NCBI GenBank assembly: GCA_048886305.1
Contig: JBHLKV010000001.1
Span: 13,039 to 77,038, forward strand
Direction: 5' to 3'
DNA: 64,000 nt
Source of the DNA: Candidatus Hodarchaeota archaeon
GTDB taxonomy: Archaea; Asgardarchaeota; Lokiarchaeia; Sigyniarchaeales; SOKP01
Numbering within the stretch: the stretch's first letter is position 1; each line of letters starts with the position of its first letter. The translations under genes were made by a program, and so were the position numbers. The notes under the pieces are model-generated. The model saw only the letters and a list, made by a program, of their open reading frames with translations. It was not told where the DNA came from and made no database searches. Positions 46,370 to 54,364 of the stretch are shown here, piece after piece.

Positions 46370-47278
46370 ATGATTACAAAAATACCCCCTGAACAAATTG
46401 TTATTAGACCTCCAGTAGAAGCATATTCAGTTTTAATACCTGTAACTGGTGGATGTTCATGGAATAAATGCCGTTTCTGTGGAACTTATAAAGGCATTTA
46501 TGGAGTTTCTCAGGATTATGCTATAAGAAATATAGACGATGTAAAAAAAGATATAGATAAATTTGCTGAGAGAAATTATCATGGTTTTCCTGTATTTTTA
46601 GCTGGAGGAAATCCTACATCCGCACCAACGGAGTATCTAATTGAAATAGTTAAGTATGTAAGAGTTAGGCTTAGAAATGTACAACGGATTAGCTGTTATG
46701 CTAAAGCACTAGATATTTTAAGAAAATCAGAAGAGGAATTAAAGAAGCTTGCAGAAGCAGGATTAGATATTGTGTATATGGGATTAGAGAGCGGAAGTAG
46801 CAAAATCTTAAGGATAATGAAAAAAGGGACTAATGCAGAGTCAATAATTAAGGCTGGGAAAAAGATTTTAAGTGCTGGCATTAAACTTAGCCTATATATT
46901 ATTCTTGGTTTAGGAAGCCATAAATATTCCGAAGAACATGTAAAAGAAACCGCAAGTGTATTGACTGAAATAAATCCAACGATTTTTAGATTTAGAACTC
47001 TTAATGTAATGCCTGGTACTCCTCTTTGGGATGAATGGAAAGCAGGTGAATTTGAATTATTGTCTCCAGTAGAAAATCTAAAAGAAGAAAGAGATATCAT
47101 AGCAAATTTAGGCGATAATGTGACTTCCCAGGTTTTTAATGACCATGTTAGTAATTATTGTGATCTTGAATCAAAAAACATTAAGCAGGATAAGGATATG
47201 TTTTTGAGATATTTGGATTCTTTAATTAATGATCCCCGAATTCAATATCTACCGCGAAGAAACCTAATTCGCATGTAA
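46370..47278 (+). CDS. radical SAM protein, paralogue with a Cx4Cx2C cluster spacing
   Basis: The cluster motif VTGGCSWNKCRFCGTY has four residues between the first two Cys. The rest aligns by eye with 36594-37517 (GLESGS vs GFESGY, etc.). Confidence 0.8.
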   Translation: MITKIPPEQIVIRPPVEAYSVLIPVTGGCSWNKCRFCGTYKGIYGVSQDYAIRNIDDVKKDIDKFAERNYHGFPVFLAGGNPTSAPTEYLIEIVKYVRVRLRNVQRISCYAKALDILRKSEEELKKLAEAGLDIVYMGLESGSSKILRIMKKGTNAESIIKAGKKILSAGIKLSLYIILGLGSHKYSEEHVKETASVLTEINPTIFRFRTLNVMPGTPLWDEWKAGEFELLSPVENLKEERDIIANLGDNVTSQVFNDHVSNYCDLESKNIKQDKDMFLRYLDSLINDPRIQYLPRRNLIRM

Positions 47279-47280
47279 TT

Positions 47281-47790
47281 TTATTTCTTCTCTTGAGATT
47301 TCAAATTGTTAATAATTTCTAATGATTCTTTATATAATGGCATTAGAGGTTGTATGACATTAATTAAGTCATACATTCCTTTAAATCCCTTAAATTCTTT
47401 ATATTGTTTTTTATCTTTCTCTAATTCATATTTAATCCTAGTTAACTCATTTTCCCATTTTAATAAATTATTTATGACACTCTTATTGAAATTCATAAAT
47501 CCTTTTGGTACAGAGTTCATACTATAATTAATTTGTCCAGATTCGGAAGTTTCCGTGATTTCTATGATTTTATTCTCTAGCATTTTTTGAATTTCCTGAG
47601 ATATTGTCCCTGCTGATAAACCTGTTAATTCTTTAAGATCATTCTGAGTAAGAGATTTCCGAGTAATAAAGAATGATAAAATTTTAATGAGTAAGGGTTT
47701 AAGTTTTACCAACAACTTGGATTTAATTAAGAAATTCATAATTTCTTTTTCTATTTCTACAATTTCAGGATCAAATTCTGTTTTATTCAT
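47281..47790 (-). CDS. MarR/GbsR-like (COG1510-type) winged-HTH regulator
   Basis: LTQNDLKELTGLSAGTISQEIQKMLENKIIE HTH plus a C-terminal coiled coil. Its ATG shares one base with the stop of the upstream paralogue (TAATG). Confidence 0.7.
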   Translation of the reverse strand: MNKTEFDPEIVEIEKEIMNFLIKSKLLVKLKPLLIKILSFFITRKSLTQNDLKELTGLSAGTISQEIQKMLENKIIEITETSESGQINYSMNSVPKGFMNFNKSVINNLLKWENELTRIKYELEKDKKQYKEFKGFKGMYDLINVIQPLMPLYKESLEIINNLKSQEKK

Positions 47791-48284
47791 TATGATCCCT
47801 CTTGTTTTTTTAATTTCAAAAAAGGAGAAAAGATTGTTTGTATCATAGTTAAATAATCAATGAATTCTTCTATTCTACCCTTTAAGAATTTAGCACCTTT
47901 TTTGTCTTTCAATTCATCTAGCTTTGCTTTTATTCCCTGAAAAAATTGTTCTGCTTCTGCCTTAGCATTTAATGCAATATCAACGCCTGACGAGGCATAA
48001 GCTTTTGGTTTAAGTATAAATGAATAAGTATATTTGTGAGTTCCAGGAATCAAATTCTTTTCAATCAACCCCAAACTAATCATGGCATTTAAATGAGTTG
48101 ATATGGTCCCTATTGAAAAATTAGTTAGCTTTTTTAATTCTTTCTGCGTTAAACTTTCATACAAAAATAAATAAAAGTTGATAATTGTAATTTTTTCACT
48201 ACTACGGCGCTGTCCAATTTCTAGAGCATAATCTAACAACGTTTTTTCTAAATTTCTAAATTTCTGGTTGAAATTGCTGCTCAT
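47790..48284 (-). CDS. MarR/GbsR-like (COG1510-type) winged-HTH regulator, paralogue
   Basis: LTQKELKKLTNFSIGTISTHLNAMISLGLIEK HTH. It is divergent from the ABC exporter operon. Confidence 0.7.
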   Translation of the reverse strand: MSSNFNQKFRNLEKTLLDYALEIGQRRSSEKITIINFYLFLYESLTQKELKKLTNFSIGTISTHLNAMISLGLIEKNLIPGTHKYTYSFILKPKAYASSGVDIALNAKAEAEQFFQGIKAKLDELKDKKGAKFLKGRIEEFIDYLTMIQTIFSPFLKLKKQEGS

Positions 48285-48355
48285 TTTTGTAAGTTTTATA
48301 GTTTGGCATTTTAATATATATTAATAGGGAGTAACTAATATTTAAATATTTTCCT

Positions 48356-48374
48356 AAATTTCAAATTTTATGAA
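48356..48374. promoter_or_regulatory. copy 1 of a 19-bp exact direct repeat AAATTTCAAATTTTATGAA (candidate operator)
   Basis: Read directly. It lies in the 148-168 bp divergent spacer (length depends on the ABC start) between the regulator pair and the ABC operon. Confidence 0.45.
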
Positions 48375-48417
48375 AACATTTAAATAGGTAAGTTGCATAA
48401 TTATTATTGCAATTCTC

Positions 48418-48436
48418 AAATTTCAAATTTTATGAA
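48418..48436. promoter_or_regulatory. copy 2 of the 19-bp direct repeat (62 bp downstream of copy 1)
   Basis: Identical 19-mer. It ends 17 nt before the ATG at 48453 and contains the alternative ATG at 48432. Confidence 0.45.
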
Positions 48437-48452
48437 TGGAGAATCAAAAAAA

Positions 48453-49412
48453 ATGTCCAAAAATTTAATTGTAGAAACAAAAAATTTAACAAAATATTAT
48501 GGTAAATCACGAGGAATTGAAAACCTTAACCTTGAGATTTATAAAGGTGAGATATTTGGATTACTAGGACCTAATGGAGCTGGAAAAACTACTACAATTC
48601 GAGTATTATTGGATTTAATCCGCCGTACTTCTGGTGAAGCAAAGGTTTTTGGTTTGGACACTAATTTAAATTCTGTTGCTATTCGTCAACGACTAGCTTA
48701 TTTGCCCGGGGAGTTAGGGTTATATCCAGAAAAAACAGGACTTCAGAATCTTGAATATCTACTAGGACAATATAAAAACCATATTTCTAAACGCCGAATC
48801 AAGGATTTAGCTCATCGTTTGAACCTTGATCTGAATAGAAAAATAAAAGAACTGAGCAAAGGTAATAAACAAAAAGTAGGAATCATTCTTGCTCTCGCAC
48901 CTGAAGTAGAGCTCTTAATCCTTGATGAACCAACTTCAGGATTAGATCCTCTTATTACAAATGATTTCTATAAAATGCTCCACGACCAACAAGAAGAAAC
49001 AGGTTCAACTGTCCTATTAAGTTCTCATTTACTTCAAGAAGTTGAAAAAGTGGCTCATCGCGTAGGTGTTATCAGAGAAGGGGCACTTATTGAAGTAGCT
49101 ACTATTCAGCAGTTAAAACGTATGGCCCTAAAGGAAGTTAAAGTAGAATTTGCAAATGTCGAAGAACTTAAGAAATATTCAGATCAAATTCCTAGAGAAC
49201 TAGCAGAAAATATAGTCTTAAATGAAACTCATATATCGTTTACCATATCAAGAGATAATTTACCTAAAGCTTTAGAATTCTTGTCCCAAATGCCGATTGT
49301 TGATTTAGACATTGAAAGTCCCGATCTTGAAGATATCTTTATAAAATATTATCAAACAGGGGATAAGGGATTAGTTGATAAATCAAAAAAAGAAATTATG
49401 GAGGTGGAATAA
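48453..49412 (+). CDS. ABC transporter ATP-binding protein (ABC-2/DrrA-like)
   Basis: Walker A GPNGAGKTT, signature LSKGNKQK, Walker B LLILDEPTSGLD and H-loop SSH. The start at ATG 48453 gives the usual short leader before the first beta-strand. ATG 48432 and TTG 48393 are alternatives. Confidence 0.9.
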   Translation: MSKNLIVETKNLTKYYGKSRGIENLNLEIYKGEIFGLLGPNGAGKTTTIRVLLDLIRRTSGEAKVFGLDTNLNSVAIRQRLAYLPGELGLYPEKTGLQNLEYLLGQYKNHISKRRIKDLAHRLNLDLNRKIKELSKGNKQKVGIILALAPEVELLILDEPTSGLDPLITNDFYKMLHDQQEETGSTVLLSSHLLQEVEKVAHRVGVIREGALIEVATIQQLKRMALKEVKVEFANVEELKKYSDQIPRELAENIVLNETHISFTISRDNLPKALEFLSQMPIVDLDIESPDLEDIFIKYYQTGDKGLVDKSKKEIMEVE

Positions 49413-50234
49413 ATGAAGCGTTTCATAAAATCAGTTAAAATATCCCTCCTAGAAAAAAAGTATATATTATTAATTCTTGGTGGAGTTATTGGATTACTTA
49501 GTTACTTTATCATATATATGGTAGAAGATATGGATCTTTCAGCAATAGAAGATATTATTGCAGCGTGGCCAGAGGGGATGTTAGAATTTTTTGGAGATGT
49601 TGAAATATTTACAAATCCATATGGATTTTGGGGTTTAGAGTTATTATCCTTTATGTGGCTATACGGAGGGATCTATATTATCTATATGGCTAGTGGCCTT
49701 TTATCCCAAGAGGTTGAACAGAAGACTATAGATCTTTCCCTCTCGAAACCAGTCACTCGAGATCAATTTTTAGGCAGTAAAATAGCATTCCTTTACATAT
49801 TCATTATGGCTACAATGGGTATCTTTTTCCTAATTACGATGGGTGGCATGGCATCTTCCTCGGTATTCCAAAAAGAAGGACTTTATTTTGATCGATTATG
49901 GTTAACATATATAATCGTTGTACTTTTTCTTGGGGCATTGGCAATGTTTGCCAAGTTTTTTTCCACAATTTTCCTTAACTCAAGAAAATCAATGGCCTTA
50001 GGAGTGATGGTTTTATTTTTAATGTTCTTTTTGGGTGAGTTCTATATATATATGGACAAGGCAGTGCAAGATATAAAATATATTTCTGTTTTCTACTACT
50101 TCAATCCTTCTGATTATTTAGTGCACGAAGATTTCGGGCTTTTCATACGGGACTTCATTGCTTTATATTTCATCAATGTTACTCTAATTTTTGCTAGCCT
50201 TGTTGTTTTCGATAGAAAAGATATTCCTATATAG
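49413..50234 (+). CDS. ABC-2 type transporter permease
   Basis: Six hydrophobic helices. It starts immediately after the ATPase stop (TAAATG), with GGAGGTGG just upstream. Confidence 0.7.
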   Translation: MKRFIKSVKISLLEKKYILLILGGVIGLLSYFIIYMVEDMDLSAIEDIIAAWPEGMLEFFGDVEIFTNPYGFWGLELLSFMWLYGGIYIIYMASGLLSQEVEQKTIDLSLSKPVTRDQFLGSKIAFLYIFIMATMGIFFLITMGGMASSSVFQKEGLYFDRLWLTYIIVVLFLGALAMFAKFFSTIFLNSRKSMALGVMVLFLMFFLGEFYIYMDKAVQDIKYISVFYYFNPSDYLVHEDFGLFIRDFIALYFINVTLIFASLVVFDRKDIPI

Positions 50235-50266
50235 ATTTTTTTTTTAATTTTTTTTGATGAGGTAGG

Positions 50267-50431
50267 ATGAAGAGAAGTTTTCTTAATACGAAAATGTGTC
50301 CTATTTGCAAGAAAAAGCTTTTTTATAATCATAATGGAAGGACGATTTGTAGAATTTGTAAAATCGAATGTATTTTTGATCCAGATACAGGTTCTATTAG
50401 ATTTATTGATTTCTATGGGAATAGAGATTAG
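50267..50431 (+). CDS. small (54 aa) zinc-ribbon protein, absent from the supplied ORF track (which lists nothing under 60 aa)
   Basis: The ATG is preceded by GAGGTAGG. It translates to MKRSFLNTKMCPICKKKLFYNHNGRTICRICKIECIFDPDTGSIRFIDFYGNRD, with a CPIC-x12-CRIC ribbon. Confidence 0.45.
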   Translation: MKRSFLNTKMCPICKKKLFYNHNGRTICRICKIECIFDPDTGSIRFIDFYGNRD

Positions 50432-50600
50432 TAAAAAACTTTATAGTAATTCTTTCAGAAATTTTATTACTTCAATAATTTAGCGCCATAACAAATTTTA
50501 TAAGCTAGGTTATCTTTATTATTAAAATTCAGAAATTTAAAATTTAATTTAGTCAATGTTAAATTAAATCTTACTAACCTTAAGATCGGTGATCTTAGAA

Positions 50601-52067
50601 ATGACAGATAATTATAGAAAAAAGGTCCATTACAACGACCTTATTGCAACTTTTGATGATGTATTGATTTTACCAGGTTTTACTAATTTTAATCCTGATG
50701 AAGTAGATATATCTTCAAATTTGGGAAAATATTATTTACATCTCCCTATTTTGTCCGCTGCCATGGATACGGTTACAGAGGAGGAAATGGCTATAAAAAT
50801 GGCTCTAAATGGTGGTTTAGGTGTGTTACATCGAAATATTCCATATGAAAGGCAATTAGAAATGTGTAGAATCGTAAAAAGGGCACGCTCGTTTGTAATA
50901 GATGATGTTGCTACTATTAATCCTAATGCTCCTTTAAGAAAAGCAAAATTTATGATGGATAACTATAATATAAGCGGAATTGTCGTTGTAAACGAAAATA
51001 AGAAAGTTTGTGGTATTTTCACTAAAAGAGATATTCCCTTTTTAGAACATGATATGAAAAATGGTGTTGTAAAGGATTACATGACTAAAGACGTCATTTC
51101 TATTAAACCAGGAGCCTCAAGAGAAGAAGCTTTAAAGATTCTGTACGAATCTCGAAAAGAGAAATTGCCAATTATAGATAAGGATGGTTATTTAAGAGGC
51201 TTAATCACAAAAAAGGATTTAGCTCCTGAATTTCCACTAGCATCAAAAGATGAAGAAGGCCATTTATTATGTGCTTTAGCATTATCTCCCAAATTTCCAG
51301 AATCTAGTCAAGCACAAAATTCATTAAAAGAAATCGAAAAATATGTGGATATATTTTTCATTGATGTTGCTGATTTTTATAAGAAGGGTGATATAGAAGG
51401 TACTGCAAAATTAATGGAATTTTTAGATTCTGATTTTGTATTAGGGAATATTGGGACATATAAGGCAGCAGAACATTTAATTACTAAATGTGATTTTAAT
51501 GAAGATAAATTTATTGGGTTAAAAGTTGGCATGGGATCAGGTTCAATTTGTACTACTTCATTACAAACAGGTGTAGGTGCACCTACGCTTTATGCTACTG
51601 CACAAGCCGCTGATGCTATACAAGATTATAATTCTAAATTATCATTAATAGCTGATGGAGGATTCAAGAATCCTGGAGATATTCCGAAGGCAATAGCCGC
51701 TGGAGCAGATTTAGTTATGTCAGGTCATTTCTTTGCTGGGTGTACTGAAAGTCCTGGATTATTAGATACAATACAAGGGCGTAAAGTAAAGGTATATAGA
51801 GGAATGGGAAGTACAGAAGCTCGAGCTAAAGGATATGTTTCAGATAGATATGGAGAGGGCTCGAAAATGCTAACTGAAGGCGTAAGTGATTATGTCCCCT
51901 ATACTGGTGATTTACTTGGTGTTTTGTCAACACTGAAAGAAGGATTAGTAAATGGTATGATATATGCGGGTGCTAAAAGCATCAAAGAGATGAGAAATGC
52001 AGAACTTGGTATTATTACTCCCATAGGTCAAAGAGAACAAAGACCACACGATCTTCTAGGCTATTAG
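50601..52067 (+). CDS. guaB: IMP dehydrogenase family protein with CBS pair (divergent)
   Basis: LPILSAAMDTVTE, a CBS pair, the catalytic loop GMGSGSICTT, ADGGF..GDI.KAIAAGAD, YRGMGS and EGVSDYVPYTG. The segment after the CBS pair (IDVADFYKKGD) departs from the usual DTAHGHS. Confidence 0.75.
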   Translation: MTDNYRKKVHYNDLIATFDDVLILPGFTNFNPDEVDISSNLGKYYLHLPILSAAMDTVTEEEMAIKMALNGGLGVLHRNIPYERQLEMCRIVKRARSFVIDDVATINPNAPLRKAKFMMDNYNISGIVVVNENKKVCGIFTKRDIPFLEHDMKNGVVKDYMTKDVISIKPGASREEALKILYESRKEKLPIIDKDGYLRGLITKKDLAPEFPLASKDEEGHLLCALALSPKFPESSQAQNSLKEIEKYVDIFFIDVADFYKKGDIEGTAKLMEFLDSDFVLGNIGTYKAAEHLITKCDFNEDKFIGLKVGMGSGSICTTSLQTGVGAPTLYATAQAADAIQDYNSKLSLIADGGFKNPGDIPKAIAAGADLVMSGHFFAGCTESPGLLDTIQGRKVKVYRGMGSTEARAKGYVSDRYGEGSKMLTEGVSDYVPYTGDLLGVLSTLKEGLVNGMIYAGAKSIKEMRNAELGIITPIGQREQRPHDLLGY

Positions 52068-52203
52068 GCTATAAGTTAACATACTTTATTTTTATTTTAA
52101 AATATTTAATAGAGATCTATTAATAAAATTTAACGAATATAAATTTTTTTTTATAATTGAAACTGCTATTATTTATAATAAATAAAGAATAAAGTGATTT
52201 TTT

Positions 52204-53808
52204 ATGAAAAAAATAGAGAGAGCGATTGTAAGCGTATTTGATAAAAGTGGCATTATAGATTTTGTAAAGGTTTTAAAAAATGAATTTGGTATTGAATTAT
52301 TATCAACGGGGGGAACTGGGATGTTATTAGAAGAACACCAAATTCAATTTACAAAAATTTCAGAATATACACAATCACCAGAAATTTTTGGTGGAAGAGT
52401 AAAAACATTACATCCTAAAATTGAAGGGGGAATACTTTATCGCAGAAATTTGGAAAATGATCTTAATGATGCCCTAAGATACGATATTAAACCAATAGAT
52501 ATGGTAGTTTGCAATTTATATCAATTTAAAGAAGCCTTAGAAAAACCAGGGATTAAACTTGAAGATGCATTAGAGATGATAGATATAGGGGGTCCAACAA
52601 TGATTAGAGCAGCAGCAAAAAATTTTCCTAATGTTATAGTAGTTCCTAGTCCAGACTATTATGATGAAATTATTAATGAGTTAAGAGAACACAAAGGTGC
52701 CATAACAGAGCAGACTCGTTTAATATTAGCTCAAGATGTTTTTACTATTATGGCAGATTATAATGCTGTCATTGCAAATTATTTACAAAATTATTATAAA
52801 CCCACATCTTTATTTCCGAATACAATTATTAAAGTTTATGATAAAATCCAAGAATGTAGATATGGAGAAAATTGGGATCAAGCAGCAGCTTATTATAAAG
52901 ATGCTTCATCAAAATTTGGTCTGCATAACTTAATTCAACTAAGTGGAAAAGAAATTTCATTTAATAACTATCTTGACATTGACACTTGTATGCAAATGCT
53001 TCTTGATTTCAATTCTGAAAATTATATTACAACAATTTTAAAACACACATCTCCAAATGGAGTGGCTATAGATAAAAAAAGTCAACTTGGATCCGTTCAA
53101 ATGGCGTTTAGATGTGATCCATTATCTGCTTTTGGGGGAATCTGGGGAATGAATAAAGAAATTACGGAAAAAGTCGCTGATTTTATTGTGAACAAAGAAA
53201 AGATATTTATAGAAGTAATAATGGCTCCTTCATTCGAATCAGAGGCTTTAGAAATCTTAAAAGGGAAGGAGAACATGATTATATTAGAATTTGGAGATCT
53301 TCTTAATACGAGAGATGAAATATATAAAAATCTAGAAATTCGAGGAGTAATAGGTGGGATTTTAATCCAAGAATATGATAGCAAAGATGTTATTAAAGAA
53401 TGGAATGTAGTTAGTAAAAAACAAGTAAATGAAAATGAAAAAGAAGCCTTAATATTTGCATATAAAGTTTCAAAGTGGGCTAAATCAAATTCAGCATGTT
53501 TTGCTCAAAGAAATAACACTGGAATTTATACCATCGGAATTGGAGCTGGACAACAAAGTAGAGTTCATGTAGTGAAACTAGCTGTTCAAAAAGCGGTGGA
53601 ATTTGGACATAAGGAAGATTTAAAGAATTCTGTTATGGGCACAGATTCCTTTTTTCCATTTCCTGATGGCTTAGAAGTTGCTTTTAATGCTGGAGCAAAA
53701 GCAATCATCAATCCAGGTGGATCGATTAGGGATAGTGCAGTAATTAAACGGGCAGATGAGTTAGGTTGTGCTTTAGTATTCTGTGGTAAAAGAGTATTTC
53801 GACATTAA
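52204..53808 (+). CDS. purH: bifunctional AICAR transformylase / IMP cyclohydrolase
   Basis: N-terminal MGS-like domain (AIVSVFDKSGI..LLSTGGTG..GGRVKTLHPKIEGGIL) and a full-length AICARFT domain ending ..GKRVFRH. Confidence 0.95.
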   Translation: MKKIERAIVSVFDKSGIIDFVKVLKNEFGIELLSTGGTGMLLEEHQIQFTKISEYTQSPEIFGGRVKTLHPKIEGGILYRRNLENDLNDALRYDIKPIDMVVCNLYQFKEALEKPGIKLEDALEMIDIGGPTMIRAAAKNFPNVIVVPSPDYYDEIINELREHKGAITEQTRLILAQDVFTIMADYNAVIANYLQNYYKPTSLFPNTIIKVYDKIQECRYGENWDQAAAYYKDASSKFGLHNLIQLSGKEISFNNYLDIDTCMQMLLDFNSENYITTILKHTSPNGVAIDKKSQLGSVQMAFRCDPLSAFGGIWGMNKEITEKVADFIVNKEKIFIEVIMAPSFESEALEILKGKENMIILEFGDLLNTRDEIYKNLEIRGVIGGILIQEYDSKDVIKEWNVVSKKQVNENEKEALIFAYKVSKWAKSNSACFAQRNNTGIYTIGIGAGQQSRVHVVKLAVQKAVEFGHKEDLKNSVMGTDSFFPFPDGLEVAFNAGAKAIINPGGSIRDSAVIKRADELGCALVFCGKRVFRH

Positions 53809-54052
53809 TCCTTATCTATAAAAATCGATTTTAATATAATTTTATCTAATGTAGCGTTATAATTTTTGACAAACTAAATCATTTAAGCAAATTCATCTTA
53901 AAAGAAAAAAAATTTATAAAGTTCTAAGCATAATTTTATAATACTCAAAAAATCATTTAATCTTTTAATTAATAATATTTTAAATGAGGAGAGTATTTGT
54001 AATATAAGTTAAATCACAAATAATTTCTTTAGTAGAGGGATCCTTTTTAAAC

Positions 54053-54340
54053 ATGGATTTTTTCTTAAAAAATTTGAAGGACACGCTTGATGCTATAAAT
54101 AGATTAATAGATAATAACGTGAACATTGTAAATACTAAGAAAATAAGAAGATGCTATAATATTAAATCTTCAAATCGTTCAAAGATTAATTTTATATGGA
54201 GATCACTGAATTACCTTGAAGAACAAGGAATCTTAGCGATTAACGGTGTAACAAACCCGAAAACTTATAAAATCACAGCAAATGAAAAGATTGATGTTGA
54301 AAAATTCCTTTCACAGATTGATAAGAATAAAAAAATTTAA
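54053..54340 (+). CDS. small winged-helix DNA-binding-like protein
   Basis: 95 aa. FIWRSLNYLEEQGILAINGVTNPKTYKI looks like a recognition helix plus wing. The call is weak. Confidence 0.4.
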   Translation: MDFFLKNLKDTLDAINRLIDNNVNIVNTKKIRRCYNIKSSNRSKINFIWRSLNYLEEQGILAINGVTNPKTYKITANEKIDVEKFLSQIDKNKKI

Positions 54341-54364
54341 ACTTAATTCAAATTTTAAAACTCT

